From the IMG/VR virus record IMGVR_UViG_3300031758_000005: a DNA stretch of 64,000 nt. One strand, 5' to 3'. The stretch is from a virus (lineage: Duplodnaviria; Heunggongvirae; Uroviricota; Caudoviricetes). The notes below the pieces were generated by a model. It was not told where the DNA came from, did no database searches, and saw nothing but the letters and a program-made list of their open reading frames with translations. Position 1 is the stretch's first letter, and every line of letters starts with the position of its first letter. The translations under genes and the position numbers were made by a program. Shown in pieces: positions 62,376 through 64,000 of this stretch.

Positions 62376-63082
62376 AATTTGATTAGTTTTATGTCACCTT
62401 CTAATGTCTCAATTATATACGATGTATTTTCTCCAACAATAAAACTACCACAATTGTAATAGTTTATACCATCAATAATGGTACATTCTGGTTTGTGTAT
62501 ATGACCGCATAAAATACTATCGTGTCCACTATTTTTACAATAGTGTACAACGGTAGCTTCATAATTGCCTATGTACTTAACTGCTTCTTTTGCTTTTTGT
62601 TTGAGAAAGTTACTGAAGCTAAATTTGAATATTCTAAATAGTTTATTTACCGACAAACTATAATCGTATATTACTGAACCAATATGTTGTATCCACTTAT
62701 TTTTGGTTACTAATCCATCAAATTGATCTCCGTGAATAATTAATATTCTTTCGTTTTTTAATGTGGTATGAGTGATTTCTCTTACAACTTGTATATTATC
62801 GCCAAAGTATATGTCATTGAATGGTTCGATAAAGTCATCGTGGTTACCCCAAATATAATATACTTTGGTTCCTTTACGACTCATACGCAATATTTTTTGC
62901 AATATTGTGTTATAATTGCTATGCCACTTAAACTTTCTACTCAATAACCAACCATCAATAAAATCACCTACAATATACAAATATTCACATTCAACTTCAC
63001 TTAATAGTTTCAATAATTTTTCGTGGTTACAAAAATCACTACCTATATGACAATCACTTATAAATAATGTGCGTACTTTCAT
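62372..63082 (-). CDS. LpxH-like calcineurin-family phosphoesterase (UDP-sugar pyrophosphatase type)
   Basis: LFISDCHIGSD ... LYIVGDFIDGW ... GNHD resembles the LpxH motifs LFISDLHLG ... LYLLGDLFDxW. Confidence 0.6.
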   Translation of the reverse strand: MKVRTLFISDCHIGSDFCNHEKLLKLLSEVECEYLYIVGDFIDGWLLSRKFKWHSNYNTILQKILRMSRKGTKVYYIWGNHDDFIEPFNDIYFGDNIQVVREITHTTLKNERILIIHGDQFDGLVTKNKWIQHIGSVIYDYSLSVNKLFRIFKFSFSNFLKQKAKEAVKYIGNYEATVVHYCKNSGHDSILCGHIHKPECTIIDGINYYNCGSFIVGENTSYIIETLEGDIKLIKL

Positions 63083-63113
63083 TATTTATAAATATTCATA
63101 CACTTGTTACAGA

Positions 63114-63515
63114 CTAGTTACGATTTTTTCGGAACTGGCAATCGGTCATCCAGCAATCGCAATGGATACATTCTCCATTGTGGTCTGGTTTGCATGGCAA
63201 TTGAAAGATATTACCAATCACTTCTAAATTTTCTGAAAGTAAATTACAAAATGGAATGCTTTCTTTACCATTTTCAGTAATAGCCCATCCAAAGTCTTTT
63301 GATACAACTTCAGCAGCATATCTTACATCATACTTATCGTAAGTTGCTTTATTATAAATAATATCCCCTTGGTAAATTTCTTTACCATTTTTATCTTTTA
63401 AGCCGGTAAACCATTGAATAGTTCTACCTTGTTTCTTAAATTCTTCATATGGATAACAAGTAATTGGAGATTCATCCCAACAATTGTATTTTTCGTCCCA
63501 AGCTCTGTATTTCAT
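63114..63515 (-). CDS. YopX-family phage protein
   Basis: TGLKDKNGKEIYQGDIIY hallmark motif. Confidence 0.6.
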   Translation of the reverse strand: MKYRAWDEKYNCWDESPITCYPYEEFKKQGRTIQWFTGLKDKNGKEIYQGDIIYNKATYDKYDVRYAAEVVSKDFGWAITENGKESIPFCNLLSENLEVIGNIFQLPCKPDHNGECIHCDCWMTDCQFRKNRN

Positions 63516-63516
63516 A

Positions 63517-63852
63517 TTATTTCTTTGTTTTCTTTAATGTTTGATGAATATTACCCACAACAAGTAGATCTTCATCAAACATTGCTAGAGGAAATTCATC
63601 TAAATACCACCCATAACTATCCCAGATTACATTACTATAATGGTTTTTACGCCCAAACTTTTGTCTGACGATATCACCTTCGAAGATTCTAGTGCCTTTG
63701 ATATCATTTAGTCCAGTATATTCTTCAATGATGGTTTCATTGCGATTAAAGCATTGTGCTAGATGTGCAGTACCTTCACAACCATAAAGAGAACCAGTCA
63801 TAGTGTACTTGTTTTCTTTGATGTTAAAGATTCTGTAAATGAATTGTCTCAT
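63517..63852 (-). CDS. YopX-family phage protein, tandem paralog
   Basis: TGLNDIKGTRIFEGDIV motif. Confidence 0.6.
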   Translation of the reverse strand: MRQFIYRIFNIKENKYTMTGSLYGCEGTAHLAQCFNRNETIIEEYTGLNDIKGTRIFEGDIVRQKFGRKNHYSNVIWDSYGWYLDEFPLAMFDEDLLVVGNIHQTLKKTKK

Positions 63853-64000
63853 AGTAGTTTTAGATGTTTAGTGACTGGATCTATAATGGAACTATAATTA
63901 GGTCCAATAGATATACAAGTGATAGTAGGTTCATCAAACAAGTCATTTTCTTGAATATAATAAACTTTTAGTCCAATAGCAACAGCTTGATGTCCAATAT

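Noticed and set aside
1-64000. Eukaryotic giant-virus (mimivirus-like) origin suggested by collagen-like repeats and AT-richness
   Set aside because: Bacterial lipoprotein lipoboxes, rho-independent terminators with T-runs, sigma70-type −35/−10 promoters, YopX, T4-type Pnk, Cd, Td and Frd genes and GIY-YIG homing endonucleases all point to a tailed bacteriophage.
1-64000. Bacteroidetes host inferred from the complete absence of Shine-Dalgarno sequences
   Set aside because: The conserved early promoters use TTGACT / TAAT-type hexamers rather than the Bacteroidetes TTTG / TAnnTTTG consensus, so the host assignment is left open. The SD-less, leaderless pattern is reported as a finding instead.
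63856-64000. Possible additional − strand gene running off the right edge
   Set aside because: Too little sequence to establish frame, start or identity.

Overview
Most likely a 64-kb piece of a large, low-GC, T4-like tailed phage genome. The left half (1 to ~32.3 kb, + strand) is a tightly packed late block of very large, repeat-rich fiber or receptor-binding genes built from shuffled modules: collagen-like Gly-Ser/Thr triplet arrays, concanavalin/LamG-type jelly-roll domains, a ~270-nt near-identical connector module and glycine-rich C-terminal domains. It also holds several tandem paralog families and an embedded sulfotransferase plus 2OG-Fe(II) oxygenase cassette flanked by duplicated genes. 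At 32.28 kb transcription converges. The right half (− strand) is an early or middle block of many small overlapping ORFs plus T4-hallmark enzymes: ATP-dependent DNA ligase, two RNA-ligase-like nucleotidyltransferases, a polynucleotide kinase with a calcineurin-like phosphatase, dCMP deaminase, thymidylate synthase, DHFR, two GIY-YIG nucleases (one a free-standing homing endonuclease overlapping the 3' end of thyA) and YopX proteins. Accessory genes in this block include a DUF262/ParB-like protein, a small CDA-fold deaminase, an SPFH lipoprotein, a type IV pilin-like protein, an adenylylsulfate kinase homolog, three glycosyltransferases and an LpxH-like phosphoesterase. A conserved sigma70-like promoter (TTGACTT, 17 nt, TAAGAT or TAATNT) recurs 5-10 nt in front of start codons, which implies leaderless or near-leaderless transcripts. 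Several rho-independent terminators are visible, most of them bidirectional. No rRNA, tRNA or CRISPR was detected. My coordinates for non-coding elements may be off by 1-2 nt.
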